64,000 nt of DNA from Octopus vulgaris. Taxonomy: Eukaryota. Position numbers and translations under genes: made by a program. This document shows, piece by piece, positions 14,401 through 27,564 of this stretch; position 1 is the stretch's first letter; each line of letters begins with the position of its first letter. The stretch is from NCBI GenBank assembly GCA_951406725.2, contig OX597819.1, positions 78,988,001 through 79,052,000 on the forward strand, written 5' to 3'. The notes beneath the pieces are model-generated. The model saw only the letters and a list, made by a program, of their open reading frames with translations. It made no database searches and had not been told where the DNA came from.

Positions 14401-15451
14401 GGGGTAGAATTATAACCAGTTTATTCCACATACATTTTAACAACAAAATCTCATGTGGACCCCCAAGGGTCATTTGAATCCTGGTTGAGAAACCCCAAAC
14501 TAAACGGTTCTATATTATCCTTTTATATTCCTATACCTCTTATATTCTCCATTTTTCAGTATTGCTTTCAATATTTTTCTTTTTCCTGTCTTTTCTATCC
14601 TATTACATTCCTTGTTATCCTGTTATATTCCTTGTCTGCCTCTTGCTCTCCTTCTTTTTCTCTAGCCTTGTCATCCTTCCTCTTCCCCTTCTGCCTCGCT
14701 CTCCCTCCATCCGCTTTCTCCTTAACAGATTAATCTACCTATAATCAATATCGTATCCCTCTTCATGTTATTACTATGCTGTCATTAGCATCGCCTTCTA
14801 GATTTTTAAAAATTAGTTTCATTAATTCTTCAGCTTTCATTTTATTTATTTATTTATTTAATTATTTTTTTGTAGAGGTGGTTAGCTCTTTTCACCTTTC
14901 ACTTGTTTCATTCGTTATTCTTCAGACATGCTGGAACGCTGCCTTGAAGAATTTTAATCCAATGAATCAATCCCAGAACTTTTTTTTTTCTTTGAAACCT
15001 GGTGCTTATTCTATCAGTCTCTTTTGCCAAACTGCTAAGTTACAGAGACATAAACAACACTGGTTGTGAAACTATAGTGGTGGTGGGGTGGGGAGCAAGC
15101 ACAGACAAAAAGACACACGCACATAGATAAATATAGGACATTGGTCAGCCAACGGCTACAGAAGACTCTTACTCTAGGTGCTGTACAGTAGGACTGAACC
15201 TGAAACTACAATTTGCAAAGCAAGCTTAGTGATATATAATTAATTTAATTTAATTTGATTAATCTGGTTAATTCTATTCAACCATGACTGTGGCCATGCT
15301 GGAGCACAGCCTTAAGTCGAACAAATTGACTCCAGGACTTCTTTGTAAGGCTGGTACTTATTCTATTAGTCTTTTATGCTCAGCTGCTAAGTTATGGGGA
15401 CGTAAGTGTATCAACATCGCTTGTCAAGCGATGGGGGGGGGGCAAACTTAT

Positions 15452-15505
<54 letters not shown>

Positions 15506-15669
15506 TCATCATCATCATTTAACGTCCGTTTTCCGCGCTAGCACAGTTTGGACGGTTCGACCGGGGTCTGGGAAGCCAGGGGCTGCACCAGGCTCCAGTC
15601 TGATCTGGCAGAGTTTCTACAGCTGGATGCCCTTCCTAACGCCAACCACTATATATATATATATATATA

Positions 15670-16079
15670 GGCGCAGGAGTGGCTGTGTGGTAAGTAGCTT
15701 GTTTACCAACCACATGGTTCCGGGTTCAGTCCCACTGCGTGGCACCTTGGGCAAGTGTCTTCTACTATAGCCTCGAGCCGACCAAAGCCTTGTGAGTGGA
15801 TTTGGTAGACGGAAACTGAAAGAAGCCCGTCGTATATATGTATATATATATATATATGCATGTGTGTGTTTGTGTGTCTGTGTTTGTCCCCCTAGCATTG
15901 CTTGACAACCGATGCTGGTGTGTTTATGTCCCCGTAACTTAGCGGTTCGGCAAAAGAGACCGATAGAATAAGTACTGGGCTTACAAAAGAATAAGTCCCG
16001 GGGTCAAGTTGCTCGATTAAAGGCGGTGCTCCAGCATGGCCGCAGTCAAATGACTGAAACAAGTAAAAGAGAGAGTAAA

Positions 16080-16082
<3 letters not shown>
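15670..16082 (+). mobile_element. tRNA-derived SINE family A, full length
   Basis: Head ggcgcaggagtggctgtgtggtaag (A box) and gggttcagtccc (B box), CORE-like ccttgggcaagt, central (TA/TG)n, tail gactgaaacaagtaaaaga. About 20 copies in the window. Confidence 0.9.
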
Positions 16083-16136
<54 letters not shown>

Positions 16137-16149
16137 TATATACACACAC

Positions 16150-16306
16150 ACAACAGGTTTCCTTCAGTTTCCAAATTCACTCACAAGGCTTTGGTCGGCC
16201 CAGGCTATAGTAGAAGACACTTGCGTAAGGTGCCATGCAGTTGGACTGAACCCGGAACCATGTGGTTGGTAAGCAAGCTACTTAGCACACAACCACTCCT
16301 GCACCT
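16150..16306 (-). mobile_element. SINE family A, 5' half
   Basis: Reverse complement of the family A head and core. Confidence 0.8.
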
Positions 16307-16989
16307 ACATATATATATATATACACATACATACACACACATACACAAAAGCTTACTTGCATCTGTTATTTATTCTTAGTGTTTCTTCCACCTAAATCTA
16401 CCTTAATCTGTGTATGTGCTTGTGTGCTTGCCCGTTTCTTTGTTCATATTTACAATTTTTCAACAACTCCTACATATGCTTCCCTCTCTATCAGTCACTC
16501 TCCATTCTCCAACATCTATCTATCTATCTACCTACCTATCTACATTTATAGATAGATAGATCCAGCCTTCCATCTATCTACCTCCACTCACCCCCGTTCC
16601 CTCCACTTTTTGACCCCTGTCAACATATTAGATATTTCTGTCTCCACATTATATTTCTCTTATTTCTCTCATTTATTATCAACCTTCACCCCATCCCACT
16701 CTCATTGTGCTCATGGATTCCATACACACCTGTGTGAACACACACACACATGCATACACCAGTCACAAAGAGCATTGCATATTTCTCTCCAAGACTGGTT
16801 TTCTTTCTCCTTTTTTTTTGTTTTCCTCACTTTCCTCTATCTATTCTCTCTCTGTCTCTCAGTTGATCTATCTATGTATCTCTTTTTCTTCTTTAATCTT
16901 TTTGCTTTTCTTTACTTGCTTTGTGTTTTTTTTCACTCTATCTCTTTCCTCTTCTCTCTCTCCACCCCATCAATTTACCCCTAATTTCT

Positions 16990-17345
16990 GTTATATTTCA
17001 AGGACTTTACCCCTCATCAGATTTGTTTACCTGTAGATGTATCAATGTTTGGTTATACAACTCCTGTTTGTGTGTTTGCATGTGTAGGTTTACCTGTATC
17101 TCAGTGTGTGTGTGTGTGTGTTTGTATCCAGCTGTAGGGAGTGTGTGCATGTCATTGTAAGGATTTCCTTTAATTCTTGGTATCTTCCTTTGTTTAATTC
17201 TTATGCTTTTTTTCTAATCCCTCAAGCTTTACCATTTGTCCTCCTTCAACCGCCACCACAACCTCCCACCACTCTTTCGTTCAATCTGTGAATGGCATTT
17301 AGCTAATAACAAGAAACTAATACATATCTTGAAGTCTTCTTCCTT
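16990..17345. repeat. Old interspersed repeat; second copy at about 19940-20585, interrupted by SINE A
   Basis: Shared ttcaatctgtgaatggcatttagct...aacaagaaactaatacat.tcttgaa. Confidence 0.65.
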
Positions 17346-17436
17346 GATGGTGAGGTTTGGAACGTGTGTGTGTGTGTGTGTGTGTGCATGTGTGTATAGG
17401 ACTGCAGGTAATTGTGTGTGTGTGACAGCAAGTAAT

Positions 17437-17468
<32 letters not shown>

Positions 17469-17792
17469 ATATAAGAGATGGCCAATAAAAATGGTGCTTA
17501 TAATTTGCTAATAAAAGGAAATTAGCTTGTCACTAAGCCAATTTGATCTTTCCATCACTGACAACACTCAGTTTCTCTCTGTTTCTCTATCTGTCTATCT
17601 TGGTTTCTCTCTCTCTCTGTTTCTCTATCTATCTAACTTGGTCTCTCTCTCTGTTTTGTTTTTTTAAGGCACATTTCTGTGTATTTGTATTCACATACAA
17701 TTAGGTGTATGACAAAATATAAATATCTGTCTATATCCATACACACATATGTTCACAATGTATAGGTATTAGGTATACATATGTATCCATAC

Positions 17793-17842
<50 letters not shown>

Positions 17843-18871
17843 ATATAGGTTTGTATATATAAGTATATATGTATAGGTATGTTTGTATGTATGCATATGT
17901 ATGTGTATATGTATATAGGTTTGTATATATAAGTATATATGTATATGTATGTTTGTATGTATGCATATGTATGTGTATATGTATATAGGTTTGTATATAT
18001 AAGTATATATGTATAAATATGCTTGTATGTATGCATATGTATGTGTATATGTTTATATATGTATGTTTGTATATATACGTATGTATGTTTGTATATATGT
18101 ATGTATAACATAAATATTTAATTTGATATATTAGTGCCTTGATATATGACTACAGTTGCATTCATACATGGTGATGTGTTTGTGTGGTATTAAAGTGTTT
18201 GTTTGTAATGTAAGGTTTATGAGATATGTATATATAATATTTATCATTCATCTTGATGTGTGTACATCTTTTTATTTTGGGCAAATAAACAATATATATA
18301 AATATAAATATATGGATAAATATATATACATAGATACATACATGATACATGTTATGTATGTATATATATCCATATATATATATATATCCATGACATGTAT
18401 TTATATTTTTTATATATTGATAGATATCCATTTATATATATATTTATTTATATTTACACACACACATACACATGTGAGTGAGTGTGGTTGGACATATTAT
18501 TAAAAAAAAAAACCCATATGCACTTGGACACACACACTCGTGGCTGCACAACATTTACTCATATGTGCATTGTATTATGCATGCATGCATGCATGTATGT
18601 ATGTAGGTGTCTAAAAGAAAGTTAAAAAAACATGACAAAATTCATGTTTTCTAACCATTTCATCTCATAGCTTTCCATTACACTAATTCCCCTCCCCTTT
18701 CAGTGTTTGTCACTGGCATTGGAAAAGGTAGGGAAGGTGTCAGTCATATTCACATTGTTTAAAATTAGTTGTTTTTAGACTATTTAGCATGTTTTGTTTT
18801 TTTTACCGTTTTGTCATTACTTCTGTTATGTCTGAGAGTACCAACAGTTCTTCAGTCTTAGTATTGTATCA

Positions 18872-19276
18872 CTTTTACTCTCTTTTACTTGTTTCAGTCA
18901 TTTGACTGTGGCCGTGCTGGAGTACCGCTTTTAGTTGAGCAAATCAACCCCAGGACTTATTCTTTGTAACCCTAGTACTTATTCTATCGGTCTCTTTTGC
19001 TGAACCGCTAAGTTACAGGGACGTAAACACACCAGCATTGGTTGTCAAGCGATGTTGGGGGAACAAACACAGATACACAAACATATACACATACATATAT
19101 ATGTACATATATACAACGGGCTTCTTTCAGTTTCCGTCTACCAAATCCACTCACAAGGCTTTGGTCGGCTTAAAGCTATAGTAGAAGACACCTGGCCAAT
19201 GTGCCACGCAGTGGGAATGAACCCGGAACCATGTGGTTGGTACGCAAGCTACTTATGACACAGCCACTCCTGCACC
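18872..19276 (-). mobile_element. SINE family A, full length
   Basis: Reverse-complement match over the whole unit. Confidence 0.9.
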
Positions 19277-19425
19277 TAAATTGAAATTCTTAGTTTACTT
19301 GTTGGTGCTGGTGTTGTATTCTACCCTAGTTCTTAACCCTTTATCATTCAGATTATTCAGGTTGCAAAAGTCTGCTATTTACAAGATTTTAAGATGCGAT
19401 TCGAAGAAGATTTGGTTGATCACTG

Positions 19426-19728
19426 TCACCGTGACCGACCATGCTATCGGATGTTGCTACACATCGCTGGTCACAATGCGCTTCGCATTGTTTTAGCCTT
19501 CAAATGACGCCACCCCACTGGCTAAGCGAGCAGGCCAACAGAAGGAAGAATGCGAGAAAGTTGTGGCAAAAGAATACAGCAGGGATCGCCACCATCCCCT
19601 GCTGGAGCCTCATGGAGCTTTAGGTGTTTTCGCTCAATAAACACTCAAAACACCCGATCTGGGAATCGAAACCGCGATCCTATGACCGCAAGTCCGCTGC
19701 CCTAACCACTGGGCCATTGTGCCTCCAC
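19426..19728 (-). mobile_element. tRNA-derived SINE family B
   Basis: Reverse complement of 59933-60235. Confidence 0.85.
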
Positions 19729-20772
19729 ATTTGATTGATACATATAGCAAATCAAAACTTCATAGAGGCTATCCGTTGTTGTTGTAACTGTTGTTGTTGT
19801 TGTTGTTGTCATTGCTGTCACTGCAGCTGCCAATATCATTTCTGTTGGTTAGTCCCTCTTTAAATTTGATTTTATGAAAGCTGGCAATTTGCCCACTCAC
19901 CTCTTCAATCCAATCTGCACCCCTGCTTCTTGCGAGAAACCCTGGTTTCAAGTATCCTCATTATATTTCTTTACCTGTAAAATGTGTCTGTGTCTGTTTA
20001 CGTGATTCTTATCTGCACCTTTGTGGACGGGCATATATGTTTATCTCTGGCTGTTTGTGAGTACCCGCTTGTCTTTTCCTTGTTTCAATCGTTGTATTGG
20101 GAGCCCCATGCCGGAGCACTAGCATTGAAGGTATTAGTCAAACAACCGACCCCAGAACTTATTTTTCAGTTTTTAATCTTGTACTTATTCCATTGGTCGC
20201 TTTTACCCATCATTAAAATCATAGGGACATAAACAAACCAACACCAGTTTTCAAGTTGTTAAGTGTAGGGGCACACACATGAAGAGCTTCCACGCAGTTT
20301 TTGTCTACCACATTCCCTCATAAGGCATTAGTGGTTAGCCCTGAGCTATAGTAGAAGACACTTGCCCAAGGTGCCATATGACGTATCTTTTATTTGAATG
20401 TATGTGCCAGAGTAAGAATTTTTTTTATTCTTGATCTCTTCCATCATTTAATTTTTTTAGTTTTTGTTCACTCCCTCAGGCCAGCTGTACTATTTCTGCT
20501 CCCACCGCCAGATCCTCTCTACTTTACCATTCAATCTGTGAATGGCATTTAGCTGAAAACAAGAAACTAATACATGTCTTGAAATAACCAATGCTTGCAT
20601 TGACAAAGTCACCAAGAAGTTCACTTTGCAACTGTGAGGCTTCGGGTTCTGTCCCTCACATGTGTGTCTATGTGTGTGCCTTACCCATCTTAGAACTTGG
20701 CAGCTGGAGTTGGTTTGTTTTTGTTCCTATATCTAAGCAGTTCATGGTGGAGGGCAATGGAATAAGTACCAC

Positions 20773-21205
20773 CATGTGGTAAGAAGCTTGCTTCCGAACC
20801 ACATGGTTCCAGGTTCTGTTCTTCTGCATGGCACTTTAGGCAAGTGTCTTCTACTATAGTCTCAGGTCGACCAAAGCCTTGTGAGTGGATTTGGTAGACA
20901 GAAACTGAAAGAAGCCCATCATATACATACATACATATACACACACATGTATGAATATGTATGCATATATCTATGTGTGTGTATCTTTGTGTCTGTGTTT
21001 GTTACTCCCACTTCCCATCACTGCATGACAACTGGTGTTGGTGTGTTTACATCCCTGTAACTTAGCAGTTTGGCAAAAAAACACTGATAGAATAAGTACT
21101 AGGCTTTAAAAAAATGAGTCCTGAGGTCGATTTGTTTGACTAAAACCCTTGAAGGCAGTGCTCCAGTATGGCCGCAGTCAAATGACTGAAACAAGTAAAA
21201 GAATA
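20773..21205 (+). mobile_element. SINE family A
   Basis: Matches the family A core and tail. Confidence 0.85.
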
Positions 21206-22314
21206 TGTGTATTCTGGGGTTGGTTTATTCAAGTGAACCCTTCAAAGTGGTGTCCCACAATGGCTGCTGGCCAATTACTGAAACAAGTAAAAGATAAAAA
21301 ATATATTCACACTTAATAGAACAAACCTGTCCTCAAAAGTGTTCCACTCATGACCAGCCCATCTTTCTTAATTATGCATTGCTTTTTTTTTTCCCTTCCA
21401 AGTCTTGTATCTTGGACCATCTTTATTCACTATGACCTCCTCTTTCTAAGACGTTAGCTAAGGTGTGACTTCTGGAGGATCTAGTTGATAATTCTAGCAG
21501 ATCAAGTGTTATCATGGAGGCTACCTGTTGTTGTTGGGTAACATCATCATCATCAACATCATCGTTTAATGTAGTCATAGATACAATGCCTGAAAATAAG
21601 ATTGGTTGATCATGGTTGGAATATTGTTGACCATCTATCTACTCATTTAGATCTTGTCTTAGGCTGAATAGCAGCAACTTTCTAGCCTTTACGCCATCAC
21701 ATGAATCTGCAAGAAACAGTTATTAACCCTTAGCATTTAAACCAGCTATATTCAGCCATAATATTCTGCTTGTTTTATGTTTAAATCAGCCAGATTTGGC
21801 CTCTCATAAGAACCTTACTATGTCACTCTAAAAGCTAAACAATCACCTCATTGAAATCTTGAAGCTACAATATAAGCCATAATTCAAACCAGCATGAATA
21901 AATAAGCATTACGTGTGACAGAGTAATCTGAATGTTAGAGCTCTAAGCTACCCTCAGATCATGTCCTACGGTCTTTAAAAAGAAAAGAAGAAAAAAATAG
22001 ATGGTAGAGGGGGCAATACGTTGGACAGTGTACTCCTAGCTATGTGAAAAATAGGCTTGAAACTAAGTTGAGGACTAAGCAAAAACTGGTGCCACAGTTA
22101 TCTTTTTTTATCTTTTATTTGTTTTAGTGATTGAAATGCAACCATTTTAGGGTCCCACCGTAAATGGTTTTTAGCTTAAGGAACTGACTCTTGGGCTTAT
22201 TTTTTTTAACACCTGGTACTTATTCTATTGATCTCTTATGTTGAATCTCTAAGTTATGGAGATGTTAACAGACCAATGTAGGTTATCTGGTGGTGAGGAT
22301 AAACACAAAGACAG

Positions 22315-22356
<42 letters not shown>

Positions 22357-22359
22357 GTA

Positions 22360-22652
22360 GGAGCGTGGGTTAGTGGTTAAGGCATTCAGCTCATGGTTGA
22401 AAGGTCGTGAGTTCAATTCCTGGTGATGCATTGTGTCCTTGAGTAAGACCCTTTATTTTACATTGCACCAGTACACTCAGCTGGTAAAAATGAATAGTAC
22501 CTTGTCACATTCTGTGTCATGCTGAAGCTCCCAGTGAACTACGTCATGGGTACACGTGTCTGTGGAGCCACCTGCACGTTAATTTCACAAGCAAGCTGTT
22601 TCATTGATTGGATCAACTGGAACCCTCGTCGTCGTAAGCCACGGAGTGCCAG
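22360..22652 (+). mobile_element. tRNA-derived SINE with a MetaSINE-like central domain
   Basis: A box tgggttagtggttaag, B box gagttcaattcc, then ttgtgtccttgagtaagac...cactcagctg..aaatga. Related minus-strand copy at 41510-41720. Confidence 0.7.
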
Positions 22653-23084
22653 TATACACACACACACACAGGTATGTTGATGCAAACAGTCTAGTTTGAT
22701 AAGTGCCAATACACAAAACTCTTGAACCTTGAGTCACTCCGTTACTTCTGCTTAATATTAATATGTGGTTGGCATTAGGAAGGTCATCCAGCTGTAGAAG
22801 CCATGCCACATCAGATTAGAACCTGGTGTAGCTCCCTAACTTGTCAGTTTTCAGTCAAACCATACAATTCTTGCCAGTATGGAAAACGGACAGTAAATAA
22901 CGATGATGATGATAGACTCCTTCGAGTTTCCAAATACCAAATCTACTCACAATTTTTTGGGGTTTGCTTGGCTATAGTAGAAGACACTTGCCCAAGGTGC
23001 CAAGCAGTGGGACTGAACCCAGAATCATGTGATTAGGAAGCAAACATTTTACCATAATGGCACACCACGTTAATAATACCTATT

Positions 23085-23313
23085 TCTTTACTACCCACAA
23101 GGGGCTAAACACAGAGGAGACGAACAAGAACAGACAAACAGATTAAGTTGATTACATCGACCCCAGTGCATAACTGGTACTTAATTTATTGACCCCGAAA
23201 GGATGAAAGGCAAAGTCAACCTCGGCAGAATTTGAACTCAAAACGTAAAAACAGACGAAATACCGCTATAGCATTTCACCCGGTGTGATAACAGTTCTAC
23301 CAGCTCACCGCCT
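23085..23313 (-). mobile_element. SINE family C, variant 3' tail
   Basis: Family C head and body; the tail reads ..tttagccccttgtgggtagtaaagaaa on the minus strand. Confidence 0.85.
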
Positions 23314-23487
23314 TACATACCACATTAATGATACCATCGCCACCACCACCACCATTACCTCTGCATTTACACCAACAAAATAACTTTATGAACTGGGAAA
23401 ATGATTATTAATATTGAGACAATAATAATGTCTTGAAATGTTTTCAATTCCACCTTGCATGAACTTTGGCCTTTTGGTCAATAAATT

Positions 23488-23522
<35 letters not shown>

Positions 23523-23863
23523 GCTTGCCTTTCACTTTGTGATTTTTGTTTTATATAGTTCCTTATTTAGTTATTCGTTTGTTTGTTATAACTGAACAGC
23601 AGGAGAGTAGTGGAGGTTTGAAGCACTCTTGGGAGGGTCTCACATATGTGTGCCATATAAATGAGTTTGAAGAATCTTTGATCAGTCACTGTTATGCAAG
23701 CAATTGTCATATCTGTTGGCATTTTAGATGTACTCCAATTTCAGCAGTACCTCTTCTGGAAAGAAGCCTTTTAATGCATTAAAGCATGTAATATTTAAAG
23801 CAGTCTAGCAGTACATTACAAAACACTACAAAAGTACCTTAGCTATAGCAGAAAACATTATAG

Positions 23864-23896
<33 letters not shown>

Positions 23897-23918
23897 TTTA
23901 ATAATAATAATAATTTAA

Positions 23919-24142
23919 TTCTTTATTGCCCACAAGGGGCTAAACATAGAGGGGACAAACAAGGACAGACAAATGGATTAAGTCGATTACATTGACCCCA
24001 GTGCATAACTGGTACTTATTTAATCAACCCCGAAAGGATAAAAGGCAAAGTTAACCTCGGCGGAATTTGAACTCAGAACGTAGCGGCAGACGAAATACTG
24101 TTAAGCATTTCGCCTGGTGTGCTAACGATTCGGAAGCTCACC
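23919..24142 (-). mobile_element. SINE family C, variant 3' tail
   Basis: Same as 23085-23313, flanked by (AAT)n. Confidence 0.85.
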
Positions 24143-24202
24143 AATAATAATAATAATAATAATGTTCAAGTTAAATATTGTTATTGTTATTATTATTACT
24201 GT

Positions 24203-24760
24203 AAGGTAGTGAGCTGGAGAGCTGGTACAAATGTTAGCATGCCGGGCGAAATGCTTAGTGGTATTTCGTCTCTATCTTTATGTTCTGAGTTCAAATCCTG
24301 CCAAGGTCAATTTTGCCCTTCATCCTTTCAGGGTCAATGAATTGAGTATAGTTGTTTACTGGGGTCGATCTAATCAACTGGCCCCTTCCCCAAAAGTTTT
24401 GGGCTTTGTGCCTAGAGTAGAAAAGGATTGTTAACACACCAGGCACAATGCTTAGTAGTGTTTCGTCTGTCTTCCCGTTTTTTTGAGTTCAAATTCTGCC
24501 GAGGTCAACTTTGCCTTTCATCCTTTCGGGGTCGATAAATTAAGTACCAGTTGCATACTGGGGTTGATCTAATCAACTGGTCCCCTCCCCCAAAATTTCA
24601 AGCCTTGTGGCTATAGTAGAAAGGATTATCATTAGCATTAAGGTGGTGAGCTGGCAGAATTGTTAGCATGATGGGTGAAATGCTTTGTGGCATTTCGTCC
24701 ATCTTTAAGTTCTGTGTTCAAATGCTGCCAAGTTTGACTTTGTCTTTTGTCTTTTTGCTC
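24203..24760 (+). mobile_element. Three head-to-tail SINE family C copies
   Basis: Repeated gagttcaaat..aggtcaa..ttgcc.ttcatcc units at about 24290, 24490 and 24720. Confidence 0.85.
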
Positions 24761-24789
24761 AGCCCTGAGCATTAGTAGAAGACATTACT

Positions 24790-25440
24790 AATGCTCAGCA
24801 TGAATAGCACCATCACCTGTAACAACATCAGTCACAATAACATGAACTCCATTACCACCAACACCACCACCATCATCACCATCACTACCACCACCACCAT
24901 CATCACCATCACCACCATCACCATCATCACCGCCACCATCACCACCATCGTCATCACCATCACCACGACCGCCATCACTACCACCATCATCACCATCACC
25001 ACCACCACCACTATCACCACCACCATCATCACCATCACCACGACCACCATCACCACCACCGTCATCACCATCACCACCACCACCATCATCACCACCTTTG
25101 CTAACACCACCACCAACGCCATCACCATTTACCACTGACACCAGCACAACCATTCTATACTGACTGCCTCTACCTCAAGCCCCATCACCAGCACCACCAC
25201 TATCATCTTCACCCACCAAACACCACCACTGGCATTACAACCACCAACACCACCCACCAAAAACTACTACAACCAACCAACCAACCAACTACTGTTACTA
25301 CTTCCACCACCAACCATTAACCTCGCTACCGCTAGTGCCACTAGCACCAATGCCTCTATGACCTACACCGCTACAACTGAACAACACCACCACCACCACC
25401 ACTATCATCCACTCCTACCCACACTACTCCAGCTCCAAGC
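24790..25440. repeat. (CAC/CAT)n trinucleotide block
   Basis: Seen directly; similar blocks at 400-1040 and 35900-36400. Confidence 0.9.
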
Positions 25441-27157
25441 CAGCAACAATATCAAATATCTAAATATTTTATGGGGTTACCGCAATTTATACAGCTCTTT
25501 ATAATAATCTGACACATATTGGTTTAGTGCGGTGGGGGGGAGGGGGGTATCAACACTGGTGTTGGCAGCAGTTGTTGTTGTGGTGGTGGTGGCGGTTGTG
25601 GGGTGGGTGGGTGTTGGTGTTTTACTGTTGTTATCATTACCAGTGGTAGGTTGATGTTGACATGATCAGTCTTTTTTTTTGTTTTCAGACCCACCCTGCC
25701 CCCTTCCTCCTCGCCTGCCCCACCCCCACACCTCCCCTCTTGTTGTTGCTGTTGTATTTTGTTCTTGTTGTTCCTCATGTTGTTGATGTAAAGGCCCTTT
25801 ATTTATTTATTTATTTATTTATTCATTCCCTTTCCCCCTACCTTCTGCCTTCTCTCTTTCTACTTCACTCCCACATTCCACCTTGTTAGTTTTTATTTTT
25901 TTTAATTTTATTTGTTATTATCAATATTGTGTTTTTTTTTAAAATTTTCCTTGTACATTTTATTTTCTCTACTAATAGTCTGTTGTTGTTGTTGTTGTCA
26001 TGATGTTAGTTGTAGTTCTTGTTGTTGTTATAATTGTGACACTTCTCTAATAGTCTATCTCTCTCTCTCTCTCCTTTATTGTTCTAATAAAATATGTTTT
26101 ATGTTATATTTAATAATATTAATTAAGTAAATCATTTTCTGCAGAGTGGGGTGGGGGCGGACAGAGCAGAGGGCGGTATTTCATTTTATTTTCAATATTA
26201 TTTAAATATTCATAATTTGGGCCGACAAGGTAGTGGTATCGGTAGTGGTGGTGGTGGTGGTGGTCATATTCGGCAGTAGCAGTGATAGTTGTGGCAATAG
26301 TGTTGTTAATAATGATGATGGTGGTGGTGGGGGTGGGGGTGGCATGTGATGTGTGATTGGACAAAGTAATATGAATTGTAAATATAATTAAAGTGAAAGT
26401 ACAAACGAGGGTGAAGGTGGAAGTGTGAGGTGTGTGGAATTGGTAGGGTAGTGGCAGTGGTAATATGTGGTGGTGACAGTACATGTTGTTGTAATGTGGT
26501 TGTGGTGGTGGTGGTGGCGCTGGTCTGCTGAGGTGGAAATGGTAGCAGTAGTGGTGTTCATTGCGATTCTTGGTGTTGATTTGTGGTGGTGGTTCTGGTG
26601 CTGGTAGCAGTGGTGGTGGTGGGTGTTAGATGGTGGTTGATTGTTTCTTAGAAATGGTGGTGGTAGTGGTGGTGATGGTAATGATGAGTGTTTCAATATT
26701 ATATTAAGTGTTTTTAGTGGTTGTTTTGGGGTGTGGAGCTGGGAACAGCTTACAGAAAGCATTGGGAACAATACAAGTAAGTAAATGAGGGGACAAAAGG
26801 TAAGGAGTGGGGATAGTATTAATCCTGAATTGGTTCCTGAATTGAAGAAATATTTCTTTGGGTTTTTTTTTCATTTCATTTCATATATCTGCAGTAACAC
26901 ATGCCTCTCTTAATTCTCTGCATACAACTTTGCTTGTTTGTTGTCCATGGTTCAGATGGAATTTGTTGAGACAGGATACCCTTCCTATCACCAACCCTTA
27001 CCTGTTTCCAAGCAAGGTAATATTCCCCCATGGCCAGGCATGTCTTTCATGGAAGACTTGAAACAGACATTGCTTGTATGATGGTGATGCTTACGTACAG
27101 TCACCATACGATGTTGAAACAAGGGTCCACACTTATACATGTATGTGTGTGTATATT

Positions 27158-27360
27158 CTCTCTCTTTTACTCTTTTACTTGTTTCGGTCACTTGACTCTG
27201 GCTGTACTGGAGCACCGCATTTAGTCGAAGAAATCGACCCCAGGACTTATTCTTTGTAAGCCCAGTACTTATTCTTTTGCTGAACTGCTAAGTGACGTGG
27301 ACGTAAACACAACAGCATCAGTTGTCAAGCGATGTTGGAGGAACAAACACACACACACAA

Positions 27361-27402
<42 letters not shown>

Positions 27403-27564
27403 GACGGGCTTCTTTCAGTTTCTGTCTACCAAATCCACTCACAAGGCTTTGGTCGTCCTGAAGCTATAGTAGAAGACACTTGCCCAAGGTGCCACGTAGT
27501 GGAACTGAACCCGGAACCATGTGGTTGGTAAGCAAGCTACTTACCACACAGCCACTCCTGCGCC
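27158..27564 (-). mobile_element. SINE family A, full length
   Basis: Reverse-complement match over the whole unit. Confidence 0.9.

Noticed and set aside
22360-22430. tRNA-like sequences at SINE heads
   Set aside because: A/B boxes are present, but the cloverleafs are broken and they continue into SINE bodies.
24788-25153. Gly/Asp-, Thr/Ile- and Val/Met-rich ORFs (also at 371-1082, 2448-2835 and 36062-37296)
   Set aside because: Trinucleotide repeats lacking stops; no convincing splice signals or domains.
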